DNA of 36,155 bases, from the NCBI GenBank assembly GCA_035703635.1, contig DASSXV010000051.1, positions 1 to 36,155 on the forward strand, given 5' to 3'. Below, piece after piece: positions 18,101-28,001 of this stretch (position 1 is its first letter; each line of letters starts with the position of its first letter). This DNA is from Trueperaceae bacterium. GTDB lineage: Bacteria > Deinococcota > Deinococci > Deinococcales > Trueperaceae. Position numbers and translations under genes: made by a program. The notes beneath the pieces are model-generated. The model searched no databases. It had not been told where the DNA came from and was given only the letters and a program-made list of their open reading frames with translations.

Positions 18101-19759
18101 ATGTCGGCAGGCCAGCACGGCGGTCAGCTAAGCATCGAGGAGCTGCGCAAGGACGTGATCGGCGAGGGCGCAGCGTTCGCCACGCCGTTCGGCGTAAGGC
18201 GCTTGACCTACGCGGACTACATCGCCTCGGGCCGGCCTTTGCGCTCGGTCGAGGCCACGCTCGAGCGCAGCGTGCTGCCGCTTTACGCCAACACCCATAC
18301 GGAGGACAGCGCTACCGGCGCGCATACCACTGCCTTGGCAGACAGCGCGCGTGATTACGTGAAGCGCTGCCTCGGTGGCGAGGACACCCACAAGCTCTTC
18401 TTCGTCGGCACCGGGGCTACCGGTGCGGTTAAGCGCTTCCAGGAGGTTCTGGGCGTGTCGGTGGCGCCTGAACTACGGCAGATGGTCTTGAGCGACCTAC
18501 CTACTGCCAACCGCTGGGTCGTGTTCGTTGGCCCTTACGAGCACCATTCGAACGAGGTGTCGTGGCGCGAGTCGTTAGCTGAGGTCGTGGCTATCCCGTT
18601 AGCAGTCGACGGCACTCTCGATCTGGCAGCGTTGAAGGCGGCGCTCGAGGATCCGCGCTACCTCGGCAGGCCCCGAGTCGGCTCGTTCTCGGCCGCGAGC
18701 AACGTCACTGGCCTCATCACCGACGTGCGCGCCGTCGCCAAGCTGTTGCACGAGCACGACGCCATCGCGGCCTTCGACTTCGCCGCCAGCGCGCCGTACG
18801 TCGCCATCGACGTGCAGGAGTCGAGTCCTGGCGCTAACGACGGCATCGACGCCGTCATGCTCAGCCCTCACAAGTTCCTTGGCGGGCCAGGTTCGCCTGG
18901 CGTGCTGCTCGTGCGTAAGGAGCTCTATCACCTGACGTCACCTACGACAGCTGGTGGGGGCACCGTGCTGTACGTGAGTCACGTGACGCACCGCTTCGTG
19001 AGCGACGTAGAGTCCCGCGAGGACGCGGGCACGCCCGCCATCTTGCAGAAGCTGCGCGCGGCCATGGCTTTCAGGGTCAAGGAGAGGGTAGGGGCAGACT
19101 TCATCGCACGGCGCGAGGAGGAGCACATCGGGGTGGCGCTGCGGCGGCTCGCCGCTAACCCGAAGGTGGAGGTGCTTGGCTCGCTTGATGCGCCGCGTCT
19201 GGCGGTCCTGTCGTTCCTCGTCAAACCGGCTGGCCGTTACCTCCATCCGCGCTTCGTGGTCCGCTTGCTGTCCGATCTCTTCGGCATTCAGGGCCGGGCA
19301 GGGTGCTCTTGTGCTGGGCCGTACGGCCACGACCTCTTGGGTATCGACGGCGAGACGTCGGTGCGTTTCCTGCATGAGATGGAGGCGGGCTTCGAGGGCC
19401 TCAAGCCCGGTTGGAGCCGCGTGAGCTTCCACTACCTCTGCGATGAGGCCGAGCTGGAGTTCCTCCTCGCCGCCATCGAGTTCCTGGCCGAGGAGGGCGA
19501 TGCCTTTCTTCCCCTCTACGACTTCGATTGGCAGACCGGCGCCTGGTGCCACCGCGGCACCCCTCCAGAGACGCGCGTCGACGACTTCGCGCCTGAGGCG
19601 TGGGAGGCGATCGCCACCGCTAGCGGCGAGCGGCTGGCCGATTATGCCGCGTACCTGGCAGAGGCGCGGCAGTTGGCGCGAGAGTTGCGCGCTGCGCCGC
19701 CGCTAGCGCCTGACCGCAGCACGGCGGCAGACACGCGCTTGGCCAACTTCCAGTACTAG
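18101..19759 (+). CDS. Aminotransferase class V (PLP; cysteine desulfurase-like)
   Basis: YADYIASGR, YANTHTE, GPYEHHSNE, AASNVTG, SPHKFLGGPG, RAGCSCAGPYGH; ATG 18101 after GGAGG. Confidence 0.92.
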   Translation: MSAGQHGGQLSIEELRKDVIGEGAAFATPFGVRRLTYADYIASGRPLRSVEATLERSVLPLYANTHTEDSATGAHTTALADSARDYVKRCLGGEDTHKLFFVGTGATGAVKRFQEVLGVSVAPELRQMVLSDLPTANRWVVFVGPYEHHSNEVSWRESLAEVVAIPLAVDGTLDLAALKAALEDPRYLGRPRVGSFSAASNVTGLITDVRAVAKLLHEHDAIAAFDFAASAPYVAIDVQESSPGANDGIDAVMLSPHKFLGGPGSPGVLLVRKELYHLTSPTTAGGGTVLYVSHVTHRFVSDVESREDAGTPAILQKLRAAMAFRVKERVGADFIARREEEHIGVALRRLAANPKVEVLGSLDAPRLAVLSFLVKPAGRYLHPRFVVRLLSDLFGIQGRAGCSCAGPYGHDLLGIDGETSVRFLHEMEAGFEGLKPGWSRVSFHYLCDEAELEFLLAAIEFLAEEGDAFLPLYDFDWQTGAWCHRGTPPETRVDDFAPEAWEAIATASGERLADYAAYLAEARQLARELRAAPPLAPDRSTAADTRLANFQY

Positions 19760-19769
19760 GCGCCGCGCT

Positions 19770-21149
19770 TCAAGCCGCGGCCAGCTCGCGCACCTCGACC
19801 CGCACTTGCCACCATAGCCAGGTGACCTGTGCGAGGGTCGCGACGACGAACGCCACCATCGCCGTCGGTAGCGCTGTGAAGCGTTGGGTTATCACGCCTA
19901 ACGCAAGCAGTCCCGCGCTGACGATGAGGAAGAGGATCATCGAGGCGCTGATGGCGGCTGTGCGCCGGGCGTAGACTGCCACGCCCTGGATGAGGTTGCG
20001 GAAGGCGTCGATGGCCGGCCACAGCAGCGCCCAAGCGCATCCGAGGATGGCGAGGGCAGTTAGTTCCGGCCCGAGCCCGGACACCGTGCCGAACCAGAAC
20101 TGCGCCAACGGCGTGAACGCCACTGCCAACGTGATGACGAGCAGGCTGCCGGCCAACACCATGGTGAAGCGCCTCAGCGCCCGGAAGGCGCCGGGCCGGT
20201 CGAGCAGCGCGACGACCACCTCGTTCAGGGCGAAGCTCACCGACCTAAGCATGAAGAGCAGTCCGTTGGCCACTGGCCACGCCGCCAATGAGGCGAGGGC
20301 GTCTGGCATGCGCGCGATGGCGGCGCTGCCGATGGGTTGCACTAGCAGAGACAGGAGGCCGGTGAGGACCAAGGGCAGGTAGAAGACGAGGAACGGTCGC
20401 ATGGTGAGTGGTGTGGCGAGCGGAGTGGCGTTCACTAGTCTGACGCGCGTGACCGGTAGCGCGGCCCAGGCGCTGTAGAGCGCTTCGACCGTGACGCCGA
20501 CGGAGATGGCCGTGGTCGCCGCCACTATGCCGCTGGCCCCGAGCCCGAACCCAACGACCGCGGCAGTGCCGCCGACGCCGATGAGGCGTAGCACCGTGCC
20601 GATGCTCACGTGGTGCGAGCGCCCGTAGCGGATGAGGAGACCCTGGTGGTAGCGCCGGTAGCCGATGGCCCACGTCCAGGGGAGCATGATCTTGAGGCCA
20701 AGGCGCGCCGGTTCGATGACGGCCTCTGGCGGGCCAAGGAGCGGCACCACCACCGCGTCGAAGAGCGGCGTGAACGCTAGCAGAGCGTGCAGGACCGTCA
20801 GGGCGGCGCCGATCACCATCATGAAGCTGTAGATGAGCCTGCCAGACGCGGCGTCCTTTGCGAGGGCGACGCTGGCGGCCAAGAGCATGATGACCGGCGC
20901 CTCGACGATGAGGGCAACGGGGAAGACCACGCCACCGTATGCGGCCAGGTGGATCTCTGGGTCGGCGAGCCGCGCCATGATCGCGCCGACCAACGGCATC
21001 TCGAGGCCCATCACCAGCCAACTTGCCGCCAGTGGCAGCCAGGTCCTCACCACGTCCCGCATGCGTACGGGTGGCTCGCTTACGGGCGTGAGCACCGTGC
21101 CCGGCTCTACGTTGGGGCCGGCATGGTTGAGGCTAGTGGCGGGGGTCAC
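19770..21149 (-). CDS. MATE/MOP-like multi-pass membrane transporter
   Basis: About 12 TM segments with two-fold internal repeat (WLPLAAS../YLPLVLT..; MARL../IARM..). Confidence 0.75.
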   Translation of the reverse strand: MTPATSLNHAGPNVEPGTVLTPVSEPPVRMRDVVRTWLPLAASWLVMGLEMPLVGAIMARLADPEIHLAAYGGVVFPVALIVEAPVIMLLAASVALAKDAASGRLIYSFMMVIGAALTVLHALLAFTPLFDAVVVPLLGPPEAVIEPARLGLKIMLPWTWAIGYRRYHQGLLIRYGRSHHVSIGTVLRLIGVGGTAAVVGFGLGASGIVAATTAISVGVTVEALYSAWAALPVTRVRLVNATPLATPLTMRPFLVFYLPLVLTGLLSLLVQPIGSAAIARMPDALASLAAWPVANGLLFMLRSVSFALNEVVVALLDRPGAFRALRRFTMVLAGSLLVITLAVAFTPLAQFWFGTVSGLGPELTALAILGCAWALLWPAIDAFRNLIQGVAVYARRTAAISASMILFLIVSAGLLALGVITQRFTALPTAMVAFVVATLAQVTWLWWQVRVEVRELAAA

Positions 21150-21202
21150 TGGCGAACTCTACCGCCGCCGGCCACTTGGGTGGGCCTTGAGGGGCGTTAG
21201 GG

Positions 21203-21856
21203 TCAGCGCGGCGCGAAAACGCAGGCAGCTTTGCCGTCGGTGATGCACGACAGCTGCTTGACGTCCTCGCCGAGCAGGCCGCGTAGCAGCGCCTGGTCGT
21301 AACGGCATACGGCCCTGCTCGAGCGCGCTAGCTGGTGGAACACGCAGTTGACGGCGCGCAGGCGGCCGTTCGCGTCGACGTGGGCTTCGTAGCCCAACTC
21401 GGTGAGGATCGACGCTACTTCGAGCAAGCGCTCACGAGGCGTCATGCCTGCGAGGCGCGGTGCGAAGTCGCGGGCAGCGTCGTCTGCCATCTTGGCGAGC
21501 ATGCGCTCGAGGCCCTCCTCGCCGTATAGCTCCCGTACGGTACGCAGCATGTCGTCAGCTAGGCGGGCGTAGCTGCGGGGGAAGAGTTCGAGGGCGGCGT
21601 CTGTCAGCGCGAAAGCCCTGCCCGGCCGGCCACCGGTGCTGCGTTGCCCTGACACGCGCAGGAGCCCGTCGCGTTCGAGCGCAGTGACGTGCTGCTGCAC
21701 GGCCGTGCGCGACACTTCCAGCGCGTCGGCCAGCTCCTCGACGGTGCACCCGCCTTCGCGATGGCGCATGACCTCCCCCAGCAGCTTGCGGCGCGACTCG
21801 GTGAGGTGCGCAGCGCTGGGCATGGGTGCGGTGGTTGCGGTGTCTAGGCCGGCCAT
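21203..21856 (-). CDS. Winged-HTH transcriptional regulator (SufR-like, Cys-containing C-domain)
   Basis: VEELADALEVSRTAVQQHVTALERDGL..GGRPGRAF; NCVFH..VCRYD..SC..ACVF. Confidence 0.85.
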   Translation of the reverse strand: MAGLDTATTAPMPSAAHLTESRRKLLGEVMRHREGGCTVEELADALEVSRTAVQQHVTALERDGLLRVSGQRSTGGRPGRAFALTDAALELFPRSYARLADDMLRTVRELYGEEGLERMLAKMADDAARDFAPRLAGMTPRERLLEVASILTELGYEAHVDANGRLRAVNCVFHQLARSSRAVCRYDQALLRGLLGEDVKQLSCITDGKAACVFAPR

Positions 21857-22056
21857 GGGAAGTGGGGGCCTTTGCCCTCGCGGGGCATCATGGCACGGTG
21901 TGTGCCGCTAGATGTGGCGGCGGTTGACGGACAGGAGACTTTAGGTATCGACTGGTGATACGGTGGGGCTGCGCACAGTTACGGTAGTGCAGGTCGGGTC
22001 TCGGGGTCGCCGAGCGCCACGGCCCGTGCCGCGCGCGCGGTTGGCGGGGAAGCGCG

Positions 22057-22758
22057 ATGACGAAACACAGGTTGGCTTATGAGACTCTGCGAGAGGCCAT
22101 TCTTGAGGGCCTCCTGCCACCAGGCACGAGACTCGTGCTGCACGATATCGCGGCGCGCCTCGGCGTCAGCCCCATCCCCTTGAGGGAAGCGTTGCGGTTG
22201 CTCGAACGCGATGGCCTGATCGAAGTGCAGCCGCACACCAAGGTCGTGGTCAAGGAGTTCCCCTTCGAAGAGGCGCTGTGGGCCGCGGAGATGCGACTGC
22301 TGCTAGAGCCGGCCGCTGCGCGCGACGCGGTGCCGAACTTCACGAGTCGCCATCTGACGGCAACGAGGTTGGCGTTCGAGGAGCTGAGAGCGCACGGATC
22401 CGGCGGCGTGTCGCGCGCCTACCTTGAAAGCTACGGCGCGTTCTACGACAGTATCTTCGTCGCGACGCCGAACCAGCGCCTAGTCCGCTCCCTCATGGAG
22501 CTGCGCGCGGTGGCGAGGCACTTCAGGTCGGTGTACCTTGGCGACGACATCGTTCAAGGGGCGGAGGCGGACCTAGCGCTCGTCCTTGGCGCGTTGGCGG
22601 CAGGTGACGCCGACGGTGTGTACGTAGCAGTACGGTTACACCGCTCGAAGTGCCTGGCGCTACTACAAGGCCTTGCCGGCGAGCGGCCGGAGGGGGTCAG
22701 CCCCACCGCGTCCGCTGGCGCCTCGCGTAACCGGACTGCGCTCATGAACGTCTGGTAG
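22057..22758 (+). CDS. GntR-family transcriptional regulator (FCD domain)
   Basis: AYETLREAILEGLLPPGTRL..IAARLGVSPIPLREAL. Confidence 0.9.
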   Translation: MTKHRLAYETLREAILEGLLPPGTRLVLHDIAARLGVSPIPLREALRLLERDGLIEVQPHTKVVVKEFPFEEALWAAEMRLLLEPAAARDAVPNFTSRHLTATRLAFEELRAHGSGGVSRAYLESYGAFYDSIFVATPNQRLVRSLMELRAVARHFRSVYLGDDIVQGAEADLALVLGALAAGDADGVYVAVRLHRSKCLALLQGLAGERPEGVSPTASAGASRNRTALMNVW

Positions 22759-22768
22759 TCTGACGGGC

Positions 22769-23344
22769 ATGTTGCTAGCACGAGAGAAGCGTGTACTACG
22801 CGGTGGATGGAGTTCGTGGCTCCGCGGTGGCCAGGTGCGCTGGCTGGCGGCCTTAGCCGCACTGTTGCTCTTGGCCGCGGGCTGCGCGCCGACGACGGCT
22901 GGCACGAGCAGCAGCGCCCCGCTCGTCGTTGGCGCTGGCGGAGACACGGGCGCGCCGGTGCCGCAGGGCGATACCTACTACCTGCGCTTCGATCTCTCGC
23001 TCGAGCAGTTCGGGCTAGCGCCACGTGACCTCCAGGCCGCGCTGTGGGTGCCTTCGGGGTACGCCTCCGACGTCGGCGACGTCACGTCGATGTTCGGCCT
23101 CAACGATATTCGTGCGGCAGAGAACTGGACCGTCGAACTAGTTCAAGTGAAGGCGCAGCGCAGGACCGTCACCACGAGCGCGTCGTTCAACCAAACGCGG
23201 GTCGACTACTCGCTGTGGGCGGTGGTCAAGGCGGTCGTGCCGAGCGGCATCGTGCCGGGCCCGTACCGCGTGCGCGGCACCTTGCAGGTGCGCTCCGGCG
23301 CTACGGCGCCACTGTCGGCGACCTTGAACATCGCGGCGCCGTAA
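22769..23344 (+). CDS. Hypothetical lipoprotein (start uncertain)
   Basis: LLLAAGC lipobox; coherent beta-rich body. Confidence 0.65.
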   Translation: MLLAREKRVLRGGWSSWLRGGQVRWLAALAALLLLAAGCAPTTAGTSSSAPLVVGAGGDTGAPVPQGDTYYLRFDLSLEQFGLAPRDLQAALWVPSGYASDVGDVTSMFGLNDIRAAENWTVELVQVKAQRRTVTTSASFNQTRVDYSLWAVVKAVVPSGIVPGPYRVRGTLQVRSGATAPLSATLNIAAP

Positions 23345-23350
23345 GCGAAC

Positions 23351-23728
23351 TTACAAGTCGACGCCTTCGCGAGCGATACCGCTCAGGCACCACTCGCCCT
23401 TGCGGTCGCCTGACTTGGCGAGAGCGACGGCGAAGACGAACGTCACCTGCCCGTCGGACGTTTGAACGGCGACGGTGCCCCTGGCGCTGTCGCCGATCTC
23501 CATCACTTCCACCAACTGGGCCGCTGCGCCGTTCACCAGTGGCGAGTAGCGGTCGTTGCCGATGGCGCGCGCGAACTGCACCTCGTTGCCCATGACGCCG
23601 CGCATGCGGTCTGACGCCCGCGCGTAGTACGTGGCTGCGGTGGCCGCGCCCCCGCCAACCGCGGCGACGAGTTCCGCAAGCAGCTGGTAGCCGGGGCGTT
23701 GGTCCCCGCCGTCCCGCTTTGGCGTCAC
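23351..23728 (-). CDS. Hypothetical protein (DUF4864/NTF2-like)
   Basis: Follows gabD directly (GTG 23728); YARAS..F...RYSPL...F......GEWCLSG pattern. Confidence 0.6.
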   Translation of the reverse strand: MTPKRDGGDQRPGYQLLAELVAAVGGGAATAATYYARASDRMRGVMGNEVQFARAIGNDRYSPLVNGAAAQLVEVMEIGDSARGTVAVQTSDGQVTFVFAVALAKSGDRKGEWCLSGIAREGVDL

Positions 23729-23732
23729 GCCG

Positions 23733-25172
23733 TCACGCTGGCCCAAGTCCGAGCGAGACGTACTTCGTCTGGAGGTACTCCTGGATGCCCCACGGCCCGC
23801 CCTCGCGCCCGATGCCCGACTGCTTGACGCCGCCGAACGGGGCGTACGGCGCGGAGGGTAGCCCGTCGTTCACGCCGACGATGCCGTACTCGAGGGCCTC
23901 TGCGACGCGGAAGGCGCGCGCCAGGTCGCGCGTGTGAACGTACGCCGCTAGACCGAACGGCGTGTCGTTGGCCATGCGGACGGCGTCTGCGTCTTCGCTG
24001 AACGTGACGATGGGCGCCACCGGCCCGAACGTCTCCTCGCTCAGCACGAGAGCGCCCGGTTGCACGCCGGCGAGGACGGTGGGAGCGTAATAGAGCCCGC
24101 CGAGTTCGCGGCCGCCCGTGACGACCGTGGCGCCGCCTGCCACGGCGTCGGCAACGTGGCGCTCGACCTTGGCTACCGCCTGCGCGTCTACCAGTGGACC
24201 GATGTCCGTGTTCTGGTCGAGGGGATCGCCGACGATCAGGCGCTCGGTCGCGGCCGCGAACTGGGCGGTGAACTCGGCGGCGAGCGACTCGTGAACGTAG
24301 ATGCGGTTAGCGCATACGCACGTCTGGCCGGCGTTGCGGTACTTGCTCGCCATCACTTGGGTAACGGCGGCAGGCACGTCGGCGTCCGCGAAGACTAAGA
24401 ACGGTGCGTGACCACCTAGTTCCAGCGAGATGCGCTTTACCGTCGCCGCTGCCTGCGCGTATAGGAGCCTGCCGACCTCCGTGGACCCCGTGAAGGTGAT
24501 CTTGCGGATGCGCGGGTCATCCAACAGCGAGGAAGAGAGCGGCGCCGGGTCGGAAGTTGGCAGCACCTGCAGGGTGCCAGGCGGGCCACCCGCTTCAAGC
24601 CACAGGTCGGCGAGGAGGAGGGCCGAAACCGGCGACTGTTCGGCCGGCTTGAGGATGAAGGTGCAACCAGCCGCCAAGGCGGGGGCGGCCTTGCGCGTGA
24701 CCATCGCCAGCGGGAAGTTCCATGGGGTTATTCCGAACGCCGGTCCAACGGGCTGCGGCATGGCCAGCAGCCGCTTGCTCGTGTCCTGGCCGGGGAAGAG
24801 GTCGCCGTAGATTCTGGTGGCTTCCTCCGCGTACCAGCGGGCGAAGCCGGCCGCATACCGCACTTCGCCGCGCGACTCCTTCAACGGCTTGCCCATCTCG
24901 CGCGCCATGGTGGTCGCTAGGTTCTCGACGTTCTCGAGCATCAGCGCGTGCCAGCGGTTCAGGATGTCTGCCCGTTCGAACGCGCTCGTGGCGCGCCACT
25001 CGAGGAAGGCTTCCCACGCCACGTCTGCTGCCTGCCGCGCTTCGGCAACGCCACAGTCGGCGACGCGCGCCAGCACCCTCTTGGAGGCGGGTTCGACGAC
25101 CTCGAAGGTACTCGCAGCTGGGCGCCAAGCGTCCGTTAGGTAATGACCAGCGAAGTTCTCTAGGTCCCTCAT
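23733..25172 (-). CDS. gabD: NAD(P)-dependent succinate-semialdehyde dehydrogenase
   Basis: ITPWNFP, FTGSTEVG, LELGGHAP, NAGQTCVC, EETFGP, PFGGVKQSGIGREG. Confidence 0.9.
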   Translation of the reverse strand: MRDLENFAGHYLTDAWRPAASTFEVVEPASKRVLARVADCGVAEARQAADVAWEAFLEWRATSAFERADILNRWHALMLENVENLATTMAREMGKPLKESRGEVRYAAGFARWYAEEATRIYGDLFPGQDTSKRLLAMPQPVGPAFGITPWNFPLAMVTRKAAPALAAGCTFILKPAEQSPVSALLLADLWLEAGGPPGTLQVLPTSDPAPLSSSLLDDPRIRKITFTGSTEVGRLLYAQAAATVKRISLELGGHAPFLVFADADVPAAVTQVMASKYRNAGQTCVCANRIYVHESLAAEFTAQFAAATERLIVGDPLDQNTDIGPLVDAQAVAKVERHVADAVAGGATVVTGGRELGGLYYAPTVLAGVQPGALVLSEETFGPVAPIVTFSEDADAVRMANDTPFGLAAYVHTRDLARAFRVAEALEYGIVGVNDGLPSAPYAPFGGVKQSGIGREGGPWGIQEYLQTKYVSLGLGPA

Positions 25173-25212
25173 GGACCGAGTCTAGCGCTGAGCGCCGCCT
25201 GGAGGCACTCGC

Positions 25213-26376
25213 TCAGGGGTCCAGCTCGAGACGCCAGAGGTCAGCCGGCTCCTCGCGGCGGCGCGCCAGCTTCGCCTCGCCAGCCGCGACGGTCACCTCG
25301 GCGCCGCGCAGGTGCGACACGTAGTTCGATGCCATGGCGAACCCGTACGCTCCGGCCCTGCCGACGGCAAGCAGGTCGCCTTGCTGCACGGCGGGTAAGC
25401 CGACGTCCTGACCGAGACGGTCCGCGTTCTCGCAGAGTGGCCCATCAACGTCCGTGGGGAGAGCGCGCGCGGCTTGAGGCGCCTCGCCGACCAGCCTGAT
25501 GGGGTGATGAGCGCCGTACAGAGCCGGACGTAGCAGGTCGGCCATGCCGGCGTCCGCGATAACGTGGCGGCGCCCGGACTCCTTGACGTGCAGCACGCGC
25601 GTTAGGAGCGTGCCAGCGTCGGCCACGATGAAGCGCCCAGGCTCGAGCACGATCTTCACGCCGTGGCGCGCCGCGAACGCGGCGTAGGTCTCCGCGAAGG
25701 CGTGCAGCGGCGGGTGCGGAACCGCGAAGCCGCCGCCGAGATCGACGAGCTCGAGGCCGACGAACTCCTGGTAAAGGGGCTCGAGCGCCGCGACCACCAG
25801 GCCCGCGACGCTTTGGTCGTCGAGCATGGAGCCGGCGTGCACGTGGAACCCGGCGAGCTTGCCTGCTTCGTAGAGCCGGGCGGCGATGGCGCGCGTCGCC
25901 TGGAGGGTCTCTCCGAACTTCGAGGTGGCGGCGGCGGTGGCGAGGTGCTCGTGTGTGTGAGGGTCGAACCCCGGGTTCAGGCGCACGACGAAGCGCGTTT
26001 GCGGCGCCTGCACCGAACTCCAGATGGCGTACGCGCCCTCCGAGTCGAGGCTGACGAGCCCTACGCCGACTGCGGCAGCGCGGGCCGCTAGGGCGGCGGT
26101 GTGCCCTGGGCCGCCGAGGATGATGGTGGCGGGATCGAAACCTGCCCGGAGGGTGCGCTCCAGCTCCCCTTCCGTTAGCGCCTCTGCCCCTATGCCGAGG
26201 CCAGCCAAGTGCCGGAGGATCGCGCCGTTGGCGTTGGCCTTGACGGCGTAACGCACGAGCGCGCCTGGGAAAGCTGCTTGGAGGTCGGCGACGCGGGCGC
26301 TGATGGCGTCGAGGTCGTACACGTAGGTTGGGGTGCCGTAGCGGGCAGCGACCTCTTGCAAGAGCGCGTCTGTCAT
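25213..26376 (-). CDS. lysA: Diaminopimelate decarboxylase
   Basis: YGTPTYVYD, YAVKAN, HVHAGS, LEPGRF, RPALYGAHH, GPLCENAD, GAYGFAMASNY. Confidence 0.85.
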   Translation of the reverse strand: MTDALLQEVAARYGTPTYVYDLDAISARVADLQAAFPGALVRYAVKANANGAILRHLAGLGIGAEALTEGELERTLRAGFDPATIILGGPGHTAALAARAAAVGVGLVSLDSEGAYAIWSSVQAPQTRFVVRLNPGFDPHTHEHLATAAATSKFGETLQATRAIAARLYEAGKLAGFHVHAGSMLDDQSVAGLVVAALEPLYQEFVGLELVDLGGGFAVPHPPLHAFAETYAAFAARHGVKIVLEPGRFIVADAGTLLTRVLHVKESGRRHVIADAGMADLLRPALYGAHHPIRLVGEAPQAARALPTDVDGPLCENADRLGQDVGLPAVQQGDLLAVGRAGAYGFAMASNYVSHLRGAEVTVAAGEAKLARRREEPADLWRLELDP

Positions 26377-26429
26377 GAGTTGCGCGAGCGTAGCACGGGG
26401 TCATTCACCGAGGCGGTTACACTTACGGC

Positions 26430-27011
26430 ATGAACCGACAACTGCGCAGGGCGCAGGCGAAACTCGACGAGAAGGCTGACAAGGAGAAGAGCAAGAAGCG
26501 CGATGCGCGTCGGGCTCGACTAGCCGCCGTGCGCACGCGGCGCCGTGCTCCAGCTGCGAGCAGTGCCAAGGGTCAGGCTGGCGCGACGGCTGGTCCCGAC
26601 CTCAAGCAAGTGAACGTGGCTTCGCTCACGCCGGAACAGCGCCGCAAGTTGCCCGGTCGTTTCTCCGGGGCGCTGATGATCGCCACGGTCTTCTTCATCG
26701 TCTTGCAGGCGGCCGTTCCGTCCACGGAGAGCACGGTGGTTACGAGCCTGACCGGTGCCGGCTTCTTCCTCCTCTTCGGGTACTTCTCCGTGCTCTTCCA
26801 GTTGCGCCAGGGCCGCCCCAACGCCCTGACCGTGACTCTGGTCACGGGTCTTGCCTTGACGCTAGGCGTTCTAGCTACGCGCTTCTTCGGCCCGAACGCG
26901 GGGCTCGACCTCAACTTCATCATCCTGATCGTGGCTGGCGCCGTTGGCGTGGTCGCTGGTGCTTACCTGGGGCGCCTCGTGTTCTACGTCGCGCCCACGC
27001 AGCGCCGCTAG
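26430..27011 (+). CDS. Hypothetical membrane protein (basic N-terminus, 4 TM)
   Basis: MNRQLRR start, four hydrophobic helices; 3 bp upstream of mtnN. Confidence 0.75.
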   Translation: MNRQLRRAQAKLDEKADKEKSKKRDARRARLAAVRTRRRAPAASSAKGQAGATAGPDLKQVNVASLTPEQRRKLPGRFSGALMIATVFFIVLQAAVPSTESTVVTSLTGAGFFLLFGYFSVLFQLRQGRPNALTVTLVTGLALTLGVLATRFFGPNAGLDLNFIILIVAGAVGVVAGAYLGRLVFYVAPTQRR

Positions 27012-27014
27012 GCC

Positions 27015-27728
27015 GTGGCGCCTCACGCCGGGCCGCTCACCGCCGTCATCGGCGCCATGCCTGAGGAGGTCGTCAGGCTGCGCGCGGCCCTAGGTTCGCC
27101 GCGCGCGGAAAGCGCTGGGCCGTTCACTTGGACGAGCGGCGAGTTGGAGGGTTTGCCTGTTCTCCTGGCGGAATGCGGCATCGGTAAAGTCAACGCCGCC
27201 GCCCTCACTCAGGCACTGTTGAGCGCTGGTGCTGGCCGGGTGGTGTTCACCGGTGTCGCGGGCGCCGTCGACCCGTCGTTGGCGGTCGGAGACGTCGTCG
27301 TCAGTGTGGACGCGGTGCAGCACGACGTCGACGTAACCGGGCTCGGTTATCCGCTCGGTGAGGTCCCCGGCACGGGGCGCGCCTGGGCGGCGGACGCTGA
27401 GCTGCGCACCGCGGCGGCGGCCGCTGCCCGCGAGCTAGGCGGCGTGCGCGTCGTCGAGGGGCGGGTGGCGTCAGGTGACGTCTTCGTCGCCGACCGTGGC
27501 AAGGTCGAGTACCTTCGTGAGACCTTCGGCGCGGCGTGCGCGGAGATGGAGGGAGCCGCCGTCGCCCAGGTGTGCTCCAGGTGGGGGGTGCCGTTCGTGA
27601 TCGTGCGGAGCATCTCCGACACCGCCGACCATGCGGCCGAGGTTGATTTCAGGGCCTTCACGGAGCTGGCTGCTGGCCGTGCCGAGGCCGTGGTGCGCGG
27701 CCTGTTGCGGCGCCTCGCTAGCGCCTGA
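27015..27728 (+). CDS. mtnN: 5'-methylthioadenosine/S-adenosylhomocysteine nucleosidase
   Basis: IGAMPEE, GIGKVNAA, TGVAG, EMEGAAVAQV, RSISD. Confidence 0.93.
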   Translation: MAPHAGPLTAVIGAMPEEVVRLRAALGSPRAESAGPFTWTSGELEGLPVLLAECGIGKVNAAALTQALLSAGAGRVVFTGVAGAVDPSLAVGDVVVSVDAVQHDVDVTGLGYPLGEVPGTGRAWAADAELRTAAAAAARELGGVRVVEGRVASGDVFVADRGKVEYLRETFGAACAEMEGAAVAQVCSRWGVPFVIVRSISDTADHAAEVDFRAFTELAAGRAEAVVRGLLRRLASA

Positions 27729-27753
27729 CGCCCGTCGCCCCGACTGGCACCAG

Positions 27754-27779
27754 CTTGTGGTTAATCGGTTAACCACAAG
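27754..27779. promoter_or_regulatory. Perfect AT-rich palindrome upstream of aceE
   Basis: CTTGTGGTTAA-tcgg-TTAACCACAAG (11-4-11). Confidence 0.5.
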
Positions 27780-28001
27780 GTACGTCGCGCGGCCCTGGTT
27801 GGCGTAAGATAAGGCGTTGCAGTGAGGCCAGGCACGGCGGCTACCGTCGGCGCACGCGGTCAACCGGCCAGGCCCACTCGAGCTAGGCAGAACCCCGACC
27901 AATGGCGGGTACCACGGCAAGCGTTCGGCCACAGCCGCGGTCAAGCACCGCGCGCCGGGCACGAGCCGAAAGCGGCACGAGTGCGCGAGAGGACTGAACA
28001 C

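Noticed and set aside
27822-28001. N-terminal extensions in the ORF track (aceE 27822, aminotransferase 17936, abiEi 5641, lptB 32133, OsmC 1309)
   Set aside because: Downstream starts have better RBS or family boundaries, and several extensions overlap regulatory elements or other genes.
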